A DNA stretch of 64,000 nt from Schizochytrium sp. TIO01. Taxonomy: Eukaryota; Protista; Bigyra: Labyrinthulomycetes. Position 1 is the stretch's first letter. Every line of letters begins with the position of its first letter. Position numbers and translations under genes: made by a program. Below are positions 36,465-47,728 of the stretch, piece after piece. The stretch spans positions 4,042,040 through 4,106,039 of the forward strand of contig SMSO01000035.1 in NCBI GenBank assembly GCA_004764695.1. Direction: 5' to 3'. Below the pieces are notes generated by a model. It did no database searches. It had not been told where the DNA came from and saw only the letters and a list, made by a program, of their open reading frames with translations.

Positions 36465-37554
36465 ATGTCTTCATTACTCCGGAAACTAAGTTCAAGAGTC
36501 ATCGGGGGTTACGAAGACCGTGACGAAGACGAACAAGAGTATGGAGGATGGAGCCGCAGTGGAAAGGACAGCACTTCACAATGGAGTTCATCAACAAAAG
36601 ATGCATATATATCTGATTTTGATGAAACGAAAAGTATGGATGGACGATGTGGTTTAGATAAAGATCAGGAGCACATTTACAAAACCCTCTATGACGAATT
36701 TCTTAAAATGGAGGCGTCTTTGCAAAAGTATTGGAAAACGTGCACAGCTTTCCTCGAAGTCACGTCGTTAATGCAAGAAGGTGTAGACCAAATGACTGCA
36801 GATGTCCTATCATTTTGCAGTTCTATGGAGGAAGATGGTACAATCCAAAAACTTGAGTATGACGCACTTTGCATGCGTGATGGCATGCAATGTGAAGACG
36901 TTGTGAATGAATCTGTGCGTAAACATTTGCTTGGGCCAATGGGAGATCGCCTTGCATTCTTCCAAGCTATTAAAGTTCGCGCTAGAGAACTTTCCGGGCA
37001 CCGCCGAGCATATCGTGACCAAAGAAAGAAACTTGGGCATCTACGCGTAGATCGGAATTGCAACCCAGTTAAACTCAAAGGTGCTGAACATGAACTTGGT
37101 GTCCTTGCTAACAAATTTGAATATACCTTTCGTAGTCTATTGAACGATCTTCAAGAGCTACACGATAACCGTGCTGCTATTCTACGTGAACCGTTTGATG
37201 CTCTCCGACGGTGTCAAGTTGAATTTATGCAGCATCTTTGTGGAATTTTGCAACCTGAAGATGAGCGCGTCTCTCGCGCGCGTCCACCACGACGGGGCCT
37301 CACCGGTTCTATCATAAATTACCCACCCCCTGAAATGCACAATCCTTATTCAATTAATGGAACAACCCGCCCCAATTACCTTGTCCAAAACGGCCATGAA
37401 ACCCTTAATCATCACGGTAAAAACAGTGGAGGAATAAGTAATAATATCCAATCTGAGAACAGATCTGAACCAGCACGACTTGTGCCTACTGGTTTGCCTT
37501 ATCTGCAACAGCACCAGCACGAGCAACAACAACAGCACCACCGCCATCCTAACC

Positions 37555-37610
<56 letters not shown>

Positions 37611-38447
37611 AGCCTTAAGCAGGAGGATCATCATTACCAGCAACAAGAGCAGCAAAGGCCAATTACTGGGAAAATCTGCGTCGACGAGGGTCAACTCTAT
37701 TCAGGCACAGGTATCCCACAGACATCCCAAGCTTTCGATCAACGAAGCGTTGGAACGGCAGCATCAACGTATAAACAACAACAAGTCTCCCATCAACAGC
37801 CGCAAAGAGTTGGCGCCCAACGTGAACAAGTCTTGAACAGCGCGAGGAAGTGTAACCCAAGCCAATTTCAAAGCCAATCACTGCAGGTTAGGGGAAGATT
37901 TGATGACGATTTTGAGGTGCAATCTACACAAGGCACTGTTATTACTGAATATAGCTATGCAACAAATGGCCAGCCTCGGCAGCGGCATCGCGTTGCTCAG
38001 ATTGTAAAGGACTACCATGTCACGCGTGGTAAGCGTATTTTTGAGCGCCCGGTACAATTCCAGGCGCTTGAGGTCGCTCCACCCGGACAGCCTGGGCCGC
38101 GCGCTCGTGTAGAGGGCGCAGCTGCAGAAGATGTTTTGGCAGATGTTTCAACCTATGGTAGGGTATGTCAGTTTATCAAGACAGTACGGCAGAACACACA
38201 AACCATAGGTAAGCAGCAGCATGAACAAGGAAAACAAACATCATTATCTGAAGTTCAAGCAGTTTGTAGAATACAAGGATTTGCGAGAATTATTGTAGCT
38301 CAAAGTCAAGCTCGTGAGCTGGCATCCCAGATAATTGCTGTACATCGTGACAATGCAGGCTATACGTTTTACTCTAACCCGCACACTGGATATATGTCAT
38401 GGACGAGACCGCTTTTCGTCCCAGCATCCAATCCAACTACAAGCTAA
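36465..38447 (+). CDS. BAR-like helical domain + polyQ + C-terminal IQ and WW-like motifs
   Basis: Helical N-terminal region (LLGPM...IKVRARE..HRRAYRDQRKKL..AEHEL...FEY..L..L..L.DNR) resembles a BAR domain. IQGFARIIVAQ is IQ-like. GYTFYSNPHTGYMSWTRP is WW-like. Confidence 0.7.
37554..37610 (+). repeat. Pure (CAA)19 encoding polyglutamine
   Basis: Read directly. Confidence 0.95.
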
Positions 38448-38455
38448 GTCACAGC

Positions 38456-39583
38456 TCACCAATAAGAGCGACGGAGCTCCCATAAGCCCGGGCCCGTAGA
38501 AAGAAGACTGAAAACAAGAATTCCGCATAATGATAAGTATATAACTGCCCAGCCTGTTTGAGATTCTCGATAGCCTTCCGATGCGCTACCCAAACCACTA
38601 GACTTGGTGGAAGCAACGCTTTGTGTGCTTTCAGCACTGCGGGTTTGTCCTTGATAATAGCTTGCATCGCTATCCTGGTTCCCAAGCCAGTTAGCTGAAT
38701 CCATGATCTCGATAATAATACCAATCATGCACGATACAGAGATAACCAGGAGAAGAGTAACCAGTTTAGTTTGAAACTTGATTTGATGCATCGCCATGTG
38801 CGGACTGCGTTCATATTCTGGAACATAAAGTGTCTGAAGCTCCCCCCCACTAGTCTCGGTCTTTTGAGATCCCACTGGCGCCGCTTTGTGCATGGCCTTG
38901 TGTTCTTCGTTCGCCTCATCACCTTCGTCAAGGTCCTCGTTACTACGGTCGTTGCCTTCTCCGGTGTTGAATCTGTCCGCAAGAGTTGCCTGAAGTTTGG
39001 CACTGAGAAGTCGTGATGCTTTAGATCTTTTCAGGAACATAACCATAGCTGTCCACACTGCAAAGAGCGTACTGAGAACTGAAAGACAAAGCACAGGAAT
39101 CTCGAAAAGCAGCAGCGCAGCGGCTGGAGGTTTGTACATGAAGCAAAATAAGGTCCTCTGCTCGAAGTTTCCTACGAGAGCCCCAATCAGTGTCGAAGGC
39201 ATTGAAAGCATTGCTGCCAGCGCAGCACCTCGCCTCACGCCGTAGAATTGTGTCTCCAAGCGCACGCCTCGCAGCAACAGCGACCAAGTGGACATGGTGA
39301 GAAGCAGCAGCAAGTTGGCGCTCATGAGCGTGAAGAACAGCAAAACGATACCATGGCACGTGCACCAAGCATGCGAAACAGAGTCAGTTATAACCGTCAC
39401 CATTGTGAAGAGCAAAACGCCGCTCAGCGCCAGCAAGACTCCCACGAAGTTTACAAGCATGGCTAGGAGTGGGTCATCGGACCTTGAGGCACCCGCTAGT
39501 CTTTGCGTGGCAGCCATCCATGTTACCACCAGCAGCACTGTGCTCAGTAGCAAGAGCGTGAGGGTGCTCCATGTCGGGTTCAT
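38456..39583 (-). CDS. GPCR-like 7TM protein (Frizzled/class B/cAMP-receptor-like), no extracellular domain
   Basis: Seven hydrophobic segments. WCTCHGIVLLFFTLMSA (Cys at the top of TM3) and RTLFCFM (ECL2 Cys) fit the conserved GPCR disulfide pair. TM7 LSLCGILVFSLL. First ATG at 39583. Confidence 0.7.
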   Translation of the reverse strand: MNPTWSTLTLLLLSTVLLVVTWMAATQRLAGASRSDDPLLAMLVNFVGVLLALSGVLLFTMVTVITDSVSHAWCTCHGIVLLFFTLMSANLLLLLTMSTWSLLLRGVRLETQFYGVRRGAALAAMLSMPSTLIGALVGNFEQRTLFCFMYKPPAAALLLFEIPVLCLSVLSTLFAVWTAMVMFLKRSKASRLLSAKLQATLADRFNTGEGNDRSNEDLDEGDEANEEHKAMHKAAPVGSQKTETSGGELQTLYVPEYERSPHMAMHQIKFQTKLVTLLLVISVSCMIGIIIEIMDSANWLGNQDSDASYYQGQTRSAESTQSVASTKSSGLGSASEGYRESQTGWAVIYLSLCGILVFSLLSTGPGLWELRRSYW

Positions 39584-40164
39584 CCTCGCGGAACGCCCAT
39601 GCAGCGCACCTAGCGCAACCCAAGAGCGCCGCGTAACACAATTGAGAATTGAAAAAGATGAAAACTCCAACAGGTGACTGATTCTAAGGAGTCAAGTTCT
39701 ACGAGTCGGCTTCTCTAGGCACTTCTCTAGGAATCAACTAGCGAGAGACTTAGGTGAACCTATAACTAGGATTGCCAAGCAATTTTTCGTTCTTGTGCTT
39801 GCGTTTTCACAGGGTATCGATGGCAGCTTTGATTGGGAACGTATTAAATGGGGCGTCTTTAAGCTAACATGTCATTAATTCATCCATACAATTTGTGGAA
39901 GGTGTTCGCATAGTTTGACAAATTGGATTAAATCTAGTGGATGATTTTTGCTTTTGAGGAGGAAAAAAAACTCAATAACACAAAAACAAATTAGTGTCAT
40001 GCGGAGATCTTTCACAAAAAGGATGGAGAAGAGGAATATGTAGATATCATTCAAAAGAAGAAAAGATCAAAATTCTTTCTCTACAAGCACTGGTTTCAAT
40101 TTGATTTTCTTGAAATCTCAAAATGAGATTGACATTTGTATGTGAAAGTATCGACAAGAGTGTA

Positions 40165-42318
40165 TTATCTTGTACCCGTCCAGAATTGAGCAAGGGTAGA
40201 CTTCTCGGCAACGAGCTCTTTGAGGAGATTAGCTGGCTGAAAGTGCCATGCTGGAAGGTCAGGGTTAGCGGCGTGAATCCTGAGAAGACCATCGCGTACC
40301 TTCTTGAGACCAATAAGGTCAGCGTAGAACATAGGCCCACCACGATAACGAGGAAAGCCGTAACCAGCATTGTACAAAACATCAATATCAGATGGACGGG
40401 AGGCGATGTCTTCCTCGAGGATTCGAAATCCCTCATTGATCATAGGGTATATAGTGCGCTCGAGGATTTCTTTATCGGAGATATCAGTGCGTTTAGCGAT
40501 ACCGCACTCAGCACGGTGGTCGTCGCAAAGTTTGGCCACAATATCATCGTCCAGTGCACTGCGTCCTTCATACTTATACCAGCCGGCTCCGGACTTCTGA
40601 CCAAGACGACCCATGTTGCAAAGACCATCAGCAAGTTTCATCCAGGTAGCACCGCGTGAGCCTTCCACATTTTCTGGCCCATGCGGGTAATATGCTTCAG
40701 CCCTGATACGCTGCCCAATGTCATTGCCCGCGAGGTCAAGAACTGCAAGCGGACCCATAGCCATACCAAACATGTTAGGTTGAGGCCCAAGAACACGATC
40801 AACTTGAGAAGGGGAGGCTCCCTCTTCTACCAGTCCAACCGCAGCCTGTGTGTAAGGTTCAAACATGCGATTTCCGACAAACCCAAAACAATTTCCCGCA
40901 AGAATTGCGGTCTTACCAATACGTTTGCCCAGGTCCATGGCTGTAGCAATTGCCACTTCACTTGTTTTTGAGCCTCGAACGTTTTCCAATGCAGGCATCA
41001 CATTCGCAGGACTAAAAAAGTGCATGCCTAGAAACATTTCAGGACGACCGGAAGCTTCGGCAATCTCATCAATATCAAGGTATGACGTGTTTGTAGCAAG
41101 AATAGCTTCGTCATTGCACACTCGATTTAGTTGACGAAATATGTTCTTCTTAAGTTCGAGGTTCTCAAAAACTGCCTCAATAACCACGTCGCAATCGATT
41201 AAAGATCCAAAGTCAGGGTCAGTACAACCAGTAATCAACTTCATGCGAGCTTTCACATCAGATTCAGACATACGTCCGGATCGAAACGCCGAGCTCTTCT
41301 TGTAGATACTTTCTATTCCTGCCATTGCTTTCTTAAGTGCTTCCTCCGAGGTTTCTGACAAAGTCACCCGGTAGCCTTTGTTGGCAAAACACATAGCTAT
41401 CCCGCGGCCCATGGTTCCACCACCAATGACGCCAACGTGCTTGACCCTTCTGGCCCATTTCTGATCTACACCTGGGACCCTGCTGCATTTTCTTTCTGAA
41501 AAGAACATGTACTGCATAGCTTTGGATTGTGTACCACTCACCAGCTCCTCAAAAATGCGAGCTTCTTCTTTCAGGCCGGCGTCGAAAGTAGGTGCTTCGG
41601 TAGACGCTTTCACAGCAGCAACAATTCTTTGTGGTGCAATTTGGCCACGGGCACTCTTTGCAAAAGCGTCACTTGCCTTCGTGTAGACCTCTTCGCTAAC
41701 TGGTTCAACTTTGCGAGCTGAGACACGAGGTCCTGGTTTTCCGGCCACAGAATCTGCGAACTTTAGGGCACCCTCAAGGAGCTCAACCGGAGTTTCTCCG
41801 TGAACAATCTCGTCGACAAGACCCATCGAAAGAGCCTCCTTTGCAGTGACCGGTTTTCCCGTACCAATCATATTGAGAGCATTTTCCACACCAACCACGC
41901 GAGGCAACCGTTGCGTACCTCCTCCTCCAGGTAAAATTCCGAGATTGACCTCAGGAAGTCCAAGCTTGGCATTTCCGAGAGCCACGCGGTAGTTGCATGA
42001 GAGAGCTGTCTCGAGGCCACCGCCTAAAGCAGTACCGTGAAGTGCAGCCACAACAGGAATATCTGACTGATCAATCTCCTGTAGCAAGGAATTGAGGTCT
42101 GGTTCTTGGTTCCACTTGCCGCTGGCGAATTCCTTAATGTCAGCGCCTGCAGGAAACGTGCCTCCGTCTCCAAGGATTACAATGGCCCTGGCGCCGTCAG
42201 ATTTTGCCTTCCTGACCCCCTTGAGAAGTCCGGATCGTACGGCTTTGCTGAGGCCATTCACCGGCGGATTTGACGCGGTCACAATTGCCACGCCATTCTT
42301 TAGAGCGTACTTGGACAT
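40165..42318 (-). CDS. Bifunctional enoyl-CoA hydratase / 3-hydroxyacyl-CoA dehydrogenase (EHHADH/MFE-1-like)
   Basis: NPPVNGL, FPAGADIKEF, ALGGGLETAL, GLPEVNLGILPGGGGTQRLPR, VIGGGTMGRGIA, ATNTSYLD, GMHFFSPAN, GYGFPRYRGGPM. Confidence 0.95.
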   Translation of the reverse strand: MSKYALKNGVAIVTASNPPVNGLSKAVRSGLLKGVRKAKSDGARAIVILGDGGTFPAGADIKEFASGKWNQEPDLNSLLQEIDQSDIPVVAALHGTALGGGLETALSCNYRVALGNAKLGLPEVNLGILPGGGGTQRLPRVVGVENALNMIGTGKPVTAKEALSMGLVDEIVHGETPVELLEGALKFADSVAGKPGPRVSARKVEPVSEEVYTKASDAFAKSARGQIAPQRIVAAVKASTEAPTFDAGLKEEARIFEELVSGTQSKAMQYMFFSERKCSRVPGVDQKWARRVKHVGVIGGGTMGRGIAMCFANKGYRVTLSETSEEALKKAMAGIESIYKKSSAFRSGRMSESDVKARMKLITGCTDPDFGSLIDCDVVIEAVFENLELKKNIFRQLNRVCNDEAILATNTSYLDIDEIAEASGRPEMFLGMHFFSPANVMPALENVRGSKTSEVAIATAMDLGKRIGKTAILAGNCFGFVGNRMFEPYTQAAVGLVEEGASPSQVDRVLGPQPNMFGMAMGPLAVLDLAGNDIGQRIRAEAYYPHGPENVEGSRGATWMKLADGLCNMGRLGQKSGAGWYKYEGRSALDDDIVAKLCDDHRAECGIAKRTDISDKEILERTIYPMINEGFRILEEDIASRPSDIDVLYNAGYGFPRYRGGPMFYADLIGLKKVRDGLLRIHAANPDLPAWHFQPANLLKELVAEKSTLAQFWTGTR

Positions 42319-42438
42319 CTTGCCGTCCCTAGCTGAAATGCAGGCCCGTAAACAGAAGCCTCGCACTAAAAACCAAGCTCAAGCCCAGATGCTAACGCCT
42401 TCCTCGACCTCAAAAAATATGGGCTAGATCGGAGTTTG

Positions 42439-42442
42439 CCTG

Positions 42443-42485
<43 letters not shown>
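42439..42485. repeat. (CTG/TTG)n trinucleotide tract upstream of the hydratase/dehydrogenase gene
   Basis: Read directly; apparently non-coding. Confidence 0.9.
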
Positions 42486-44728
42486 CTCCTTGACAGGACT
42501 GCGTAATGTAAATCTATATCATCCCATATATGTCCGGAGATCTTCAATGATTTTACGATTAACCTATGCTGTGCTTCTAAAATAAAAGAGAGAAGAGATA
42601 CAGAAAAAGAAAAAGTCAGCAAGCACAACAACTCCAACTCCTCCTACTCCAACCACTGCTCCAACTGCAGCTGCTGCACGATATCACCTCGAGCATCGTC
42701 TCGAGAAGCAAAAAGCGAAAGGGATCTTCGACAGACAAGAGATCATCATGAAGGGATGCAATTTACGACTTGAGCTCAAGGTTTAAGCGGCGTTGATCCA
42801 CTTAGTAGATAAAGAAAGCTGCTTTCTCTGACCTAAATATCCACGCCCCTACCACCTATCTACCACTGCATAAGGCAAGCAAAAAAATTCTTTTAGCTTT
42901 AATGAGGTGCCTAGCGACCGCTTGCTACTAGTGGGTGGGTAGGTAGGTCCTAAGCGCCTGTAATCGCTGCGCTGTTCTTCAGGAACGAATGAAAGTTGCA
43001 ATTGAATCCATGAAATAGTGAAGAAATGGAGAGAATTGCAATGCCCTCATTTCACTCACGTCTGCGATTCTCATAGTAATGTAATGCGCCGCAAACGTGG
43101 CGGCCCTCAGCCGAGTCGGCAGCGACGCTGTGCACGCCCACCATTGCTCCTCCAGTGCGAGGGCAGTATGCAGCCTGGCCACGCAGGAGCGTGAAGAAAG
43201 CAACTCGTACGAACTGCGTTGTGTTGTGGAGTTTGGAAACAGCAGCAAGTGCGTCACAAGACGGGCATTGCCGGGTTGGCCGTAGGTTTACTATGGCGCT
43301 TCGCGGGCCAAAACTTCGATAGTGGGCTCAAACTCGCGCGATTTCCAGCTTCGAAGAGCGGCTGTGGTGCAGACATGGAGTGCGAACCGCAATGCTGAAG
43401 GATCCGAGGGACGTGGCGCTGAAGACGAGTTCGCAAAGCCTGCCATGACTCTCCGATGGTCGGTCATAGGCATCCGTGTTGACTTGAGCCTGGCCCAAGT
43501 TATCTGAAACTTTGATCAAGAGCAGCCGAGAGGCGTATGTTTTGACGTGAGCTTTGGCCCAAGTTTGCAGATTGATTAATCAGAAGCAGCTCTGATGAGT
43601 CACTGATACGTATGCATGTCTTGCTTGACATGTGCTTCTGCATCGTGGTTTAATAGCATCTGAGGATAGGACCGCTCTCTTCAGTCCGCTTCAAGGACAT
43701 GTGTGGATAATTTGGTTGCTATGCGGTAGACAGGTAATTGAGGGAGCTTTGCGTTCTTGAGGTTATGCTGCCCTGTCACTCATGTTTGGCACAAGCATGG
43801 CCACGTCTGCAGGCTCCTTGTGCAGAAGCATGGCTGCGACTAGGCCAACTCTACACATGACCGCGTTTTAATTTTAATTAAAAAAGTCATCTTTTGAAAA
43901 TTTATCAAAAAAATTAATTAAAAAATGTAATAAATAAATAATTAAATAAATAAAACGAATGTGAAGACAGCAAACTTGTTTCAGTTGATCTGCAAGTTGC
44001 CCACAAGCTCTAAATCATGATGCTAATTATTCTCCTTGGCACGAACACAGATGACGCGAACGAAACAAGCTCCACATACATAATAAATATATCATGCAAA
44101 CCAGATATTGTCACATACCTTTAAATACCTTTAAAAGAAAAAAGAAAAAACATTTCCTATTTCTGGTGGCCAAACCCAGCCGTCAAAAGGAAGCTCCAAA
44201 GCCATGGAACGGTGGCGATTTTACTTTTAAACACCTGGAGCCGAAGTAACTTGTCCATCAGCCGTATTTAGACAGGTCAAAATTTACTGTGCAATGCGCG
44301 TAGCTGTTGATGATGGGACCAACTAAGGTAGAAAACCAGGACTGTGGTACTCATACAGGCTGTCCCTATGACGACCAGGTAAGTAGGCATAGGTAACCGA
44401 GGAAAGGGCGTAACGTTATTGTTTCAACGGACGTCTAGGAAAGTCAAAGCAGAAGTAGAATTTATTAGACGCTATCCCACGAGATCAGATCAACCTAAAC
44501 CGAAGGAGGTCTTGTTGCTCGTCTGTGAAATACTAACTAATTTACAGAAGCTTCGAGAAAGTTTACTAGCAAAACCTATTTGGGAAGAGTTAAACTTCGT
44601 GGCGTAAAGCGACGAGGCTTGAGTCTAGCTTTCTGTAGGACACGAGTAAACCACAAAACAACAACGTCAATAACAGCGCAGAAGAAGCAGCTTTAAACTA
44701 GGCAACTAAATTGACTGCTACAGGTACC

Positions 44729-47728
44729 ATGTCGATGCTTGAGGCACTTGCTGCGCAGTCGGCTGCTGCTGCAAGAACTCCAGCTGCTGCTGCGTCTTCT
44801 GCTGGAGGTCTTCACGGAGGCGATGAACCGCTGCCCGATGTACCAATTGAACATCTGGACTATTCCTACATCGAGAAATGTAAAAATTGCGAAGAGCTCA
44901 AGGACATTTTGACTCTACTCAAATCAGGTAAGGAGGGCCGATGGTTTGAGCTCGAAACCTTTTGCGAAAAGCGCATGCTCGAAGTCATGCCTGCCAAGGA
45001 GCGTAAGCTATACTTGGCACAACACTCTGAGCCGTCAGACCAAGATAAGCAGCGCGCTACGTCGGATTTGACCTCATTTCTTCAAGATATTGGCCAGCGG
45101 GATGCCTCGCTACGTGCCAAACAAAAGGGTTTGAGTCAGATTAACAACGATACAGACTCTGCTGATCCAGCCACGAGCTCGAGCGAGAACATTTTTGATG
45201 AAAATGATCTCCTCGACGTAAACGTTAGTGAGCAAAAGATGGAAAGTACAAATTATAAGACAGATCTTCCGCCCGTGCGTGGCATGAGTGGGGCTGATAG
45301 TAAAAAATCTGCGCCGGTTATTACGAAGCGCACCCCTGCAGAAATTGCAAAGGACGAGAAAGCTCGTGAAGAACGTATTTCCGGGTACGATTTTCGCGCT
45401 TGGGATCGCTACGACGTGGAGGCTGAGTTGCAAAGAATTGACGAAGCTGAACGCAAAGATGTGGAGCGTAAATCAGCTGAGATTGCAGAAAAACAAGCCG
45501 CTATCGAAGAAAGGCGAAAGCGGGCAGAACAGAGCCGAAAGCAAATGGGACTGCCTGAGGGCCTTGACTCTATGCCTTTGAATCAACGTCTTTTTTTTGC
45601 AGACCGCGAGCGTGAAAAGGGTAACGAGTGCTTCCGCGCAAACGAGTTTGAGGAGGCTCTACGTTTGTATTCAAGATGTGTGATGTTGATGCCGCTTCAG
45701 CACAATGACCCGCGTCCTTACGCAAACCGTGCGATGGCCTTTCTTAAGCTGGAGCGATGGGCGGATGCTGAACGTGATTGTGATATGGCTTTAGAGGTTG
45801 ACTCGAGTTTTACCAAGGCTTACATCCGTCGAGGCATGGCACGCCACCGGCGTGGCAAGTATTTGGATGCCATCGATGACTTTGAAGAAGCTCTGCAACA
45901 CGAGCCGCAAAACACTAAGCTGAATGGTCTCTTGGCGGAGTCCCGCAAAATGTATAACAAGGTTGGAGGAATTGGTGCCGAACGCCCAGGTGCACCTTCA
46001 CGGGATTCTGGCAAACAGGAGACCTTCAAAAAGCTGATGATTATGGAGGACTCTGACTCCGAATCAGAAGACGAAGATGAAGATTGCGAAGACGCACCAG
46101 CAGAGCAGAAGAGTGATATCCAGACTCACCTGGCAGACTCCAGTTCGCAAAAGAAGGATTCTGATGATGCCGTGCCTTCCGTGGGAGAGCAAGAGACAGG
46201 GCCGAGTACCTTGAACGAGAATTCCCCGAGTTCTGAACCTTCCACGCCCGATGACTATGTCATGATTGATGCAGCATCCCAGGAGGAGGATTGGATTGAA
46301 GCCAAGCGGCAAGGTGCCGAGCTTTTTAAGGCTGCTGACTTTAAGCAAGCATTGCGTTGGTTTTCTCGCGCCACGGAGCTGCTTCGGGAGGTTGCTATCG
46401 AAGGGTCCTCTCCGGATGCTTCTATGCAAGATCTGTGCAACTGTTTGGGCAATATGGCTGTATGTCAAAAAGAGCTAGAGCGATGGGATGACGTTGTTAG
46501 CGTTTGTAGTGAGGTTCTTCTCCTTCAAGCAAACAACATGAAAGCTCTTTTTCGCCGTGGCGTGGCATATGAAGAGCAGGGGCGTCTTGAAGACGCTTTA
46601 ACTGACATGTGCCAAGTTTTACGTTTGGACCCTGAACGCGCTGAAGCTGGTGACCGTATTTCAGTCCTGATGGGCAAAATCAACGCTGCAACTGCAGCTG
46701 GGTTGCCTACAAATAAAGTCAAACCGGCATCATCGGCCTCGACTCCCAAGATATCTCAGGATGATGTTAAGGGACCTGCAATTACGGTCAAACAGGCGGA
46801 AAAGACAGATGTTACTACACAGCAAGAAAAACTCGCTGAGCAAGCCCCAGCCCCTCCTGCACCTATTGCAAAGCTTGCTGACAGCGGAGTAAGCGCTCAG
46901 AAATCCCTTGAGTCAATTAAAGCAGAGGGTAACGATATGTTTAAAAAGGGTGACTTGGATGCTGCTTTGAGTAAATATCAACAGTGCCTGAAGCTTGATG
47001 ACAGCAACATCTCTGTACTTTCTAATCTAGCTATGGTATACTTGCAGAAGAAGGATTATTCTGCTGTGGAAGACTCAACCAGTCGAGCCCTGGAAAAGGC
47101 CCAAGAGGGCGAAAAGATCATCGCAAAGCTATACTATCGCCGTGCGCTTGCTCGTAAGGCTCTTGAGAATTATGAGGGTGCATGCCAGGATCTGGAAGCT
47201 ATCCTCGTACTCGAGCCACGCAATGTTCGTGTTCAGGCAGAATTAAGCCAGACACAGCAAGCCCAACGTGTTGCATCGGAGCGAAAACGCCTTGAAGAGC
47301 GTAAGGCCAAGCAAGATGAGGCCGAAGATTTGGCAAAGCGTGCTCACGCCCGCGCCACTGCCAAAGCAATGGCTAAGGGTGCTCCGGCATTTTCTGTGCC
47401 TGGTTCAAGTTACGAATTCCAACGCGTTTGGCGGGCTCTTTCCTCGGATCAGAAGGGCGCCTACCTTGCGTCGATCCCTTCGAGCAAGTTTGCGAAGATC
47501 TTCCGTGTTGAGCTCGAGGATGATACTCTTATGGAAATGATCAGCATTATTGAGTCTGAGCTGATTCCCCACGATATGGATGTAGCGGAGAGTATATTGA
47601 AGGCACTTCCTCAGATTCCTCGTTTTCGGACTACAATCAAGTTCCTCTCCAAGGCACAACAGGAGAATGTTCGCAATGTTGTGTCTAAGGTACAAGACAG
47701 CAATATCATGCACGCCTATTTTTCCTAA
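44729..47728 (+). CDS. SPAG1: Sperm-associated antigen 1-like TPR co-chaperone (dynein assembly factor) with RPAP3_C domain
   Basis: N-terminal PIEHLDYSYIEKC...IL..LKSGKEGR, WDRYDVEAEL, three TPR clusters (REKGNECFRA, KRQGAELFKA, KAEGNDMFKK), C-terminal SYEFQRVWRAL...IPRF..IKFLS. Confidence 0.9.
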   Translation: MSMLEALAAQSAAAARTPAAAASSAGGLHGGDEPLPDVPIEHLDYSYIEKCKNCEELKDILTLLKSGKEGRWFELETFCEKRMLEVMPAKERKLYLAQHSEPSDQDKQRATSDLTSFLQDIGQRDASLRAKQKGLSQINNDTDSADPATSSSENIFDENDLLDVNVSEQKMESTNYKTDLPPVRGMSGADSKKSAPVITKRTPAEIAKDEKAREERISGYDFRAWDRYDVEAELQRIDEAERKDVERKSAEIAEKQAAIEERRKRAEQSRKQMGLPEGLDSMPLNQRLFFADREREKGNECFRANEFEEALRLYSRCVMLMPLQHNDPRPYANRAMAFLKLERWADAERDCDMALEVDSSFTKAYIRRGMARHRRGKYLDAIDDFEEALQHEPQNTKLNGLLAESRKMYNKVGGIGAERPGAPSRDSGKQETFKKLMIMEDSDSESEDEDEDCEDAPAEQKSDIQTHLADSSSQKKDSDDAVPSVGEQETGPSTLNENSPSSEPSTPDDYVMIDAASQEEDWIEAKRQGAELFKAADFKQALRWFSRATELLREVAIEGSSPDASMQDLCNCLGNMAVCQKELERWDDVVSVCSEVLLLQANNMKALFRRGVAYEEQGRLEDALTDMCQVLRLDPERAEAGDRISVLMGKINAATAAGLPTNKVKPASSASTPKISQDDVKGPAITVKQAEKTDVTTQQEKLAEQAPAPPAPIAKLADSGVSAQKSLESIKAEGNDMFKKGDLDAALSKYQQCLKLDDSNISVLSNLAMVYLQKKDYSAVEDSTSRALEKAQEGEKIIAKLYYRRALARKALENYEGACQDLEAILVLEPRNVRVQAELSQTQQAQRVASERKRLEERKAKQDEAEDLAKRAHARATAKAMAKGAPAFSVPGSSYEFQRVWRALSSDQKGAYLASIPSSKFAKIFRVELEDDTLMEMISIIESELIPHDMDVAESILKALPQIPRFRTTIKFLSKAQQENVRNVVSKVQDSNIMHAYFS

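Noticed and set aside
42980-43860. GC-richer intergenic stretch with short ORFs
   Set aside because: No frame gives a recognisable protein; cannot support a gene or pseudogene call.
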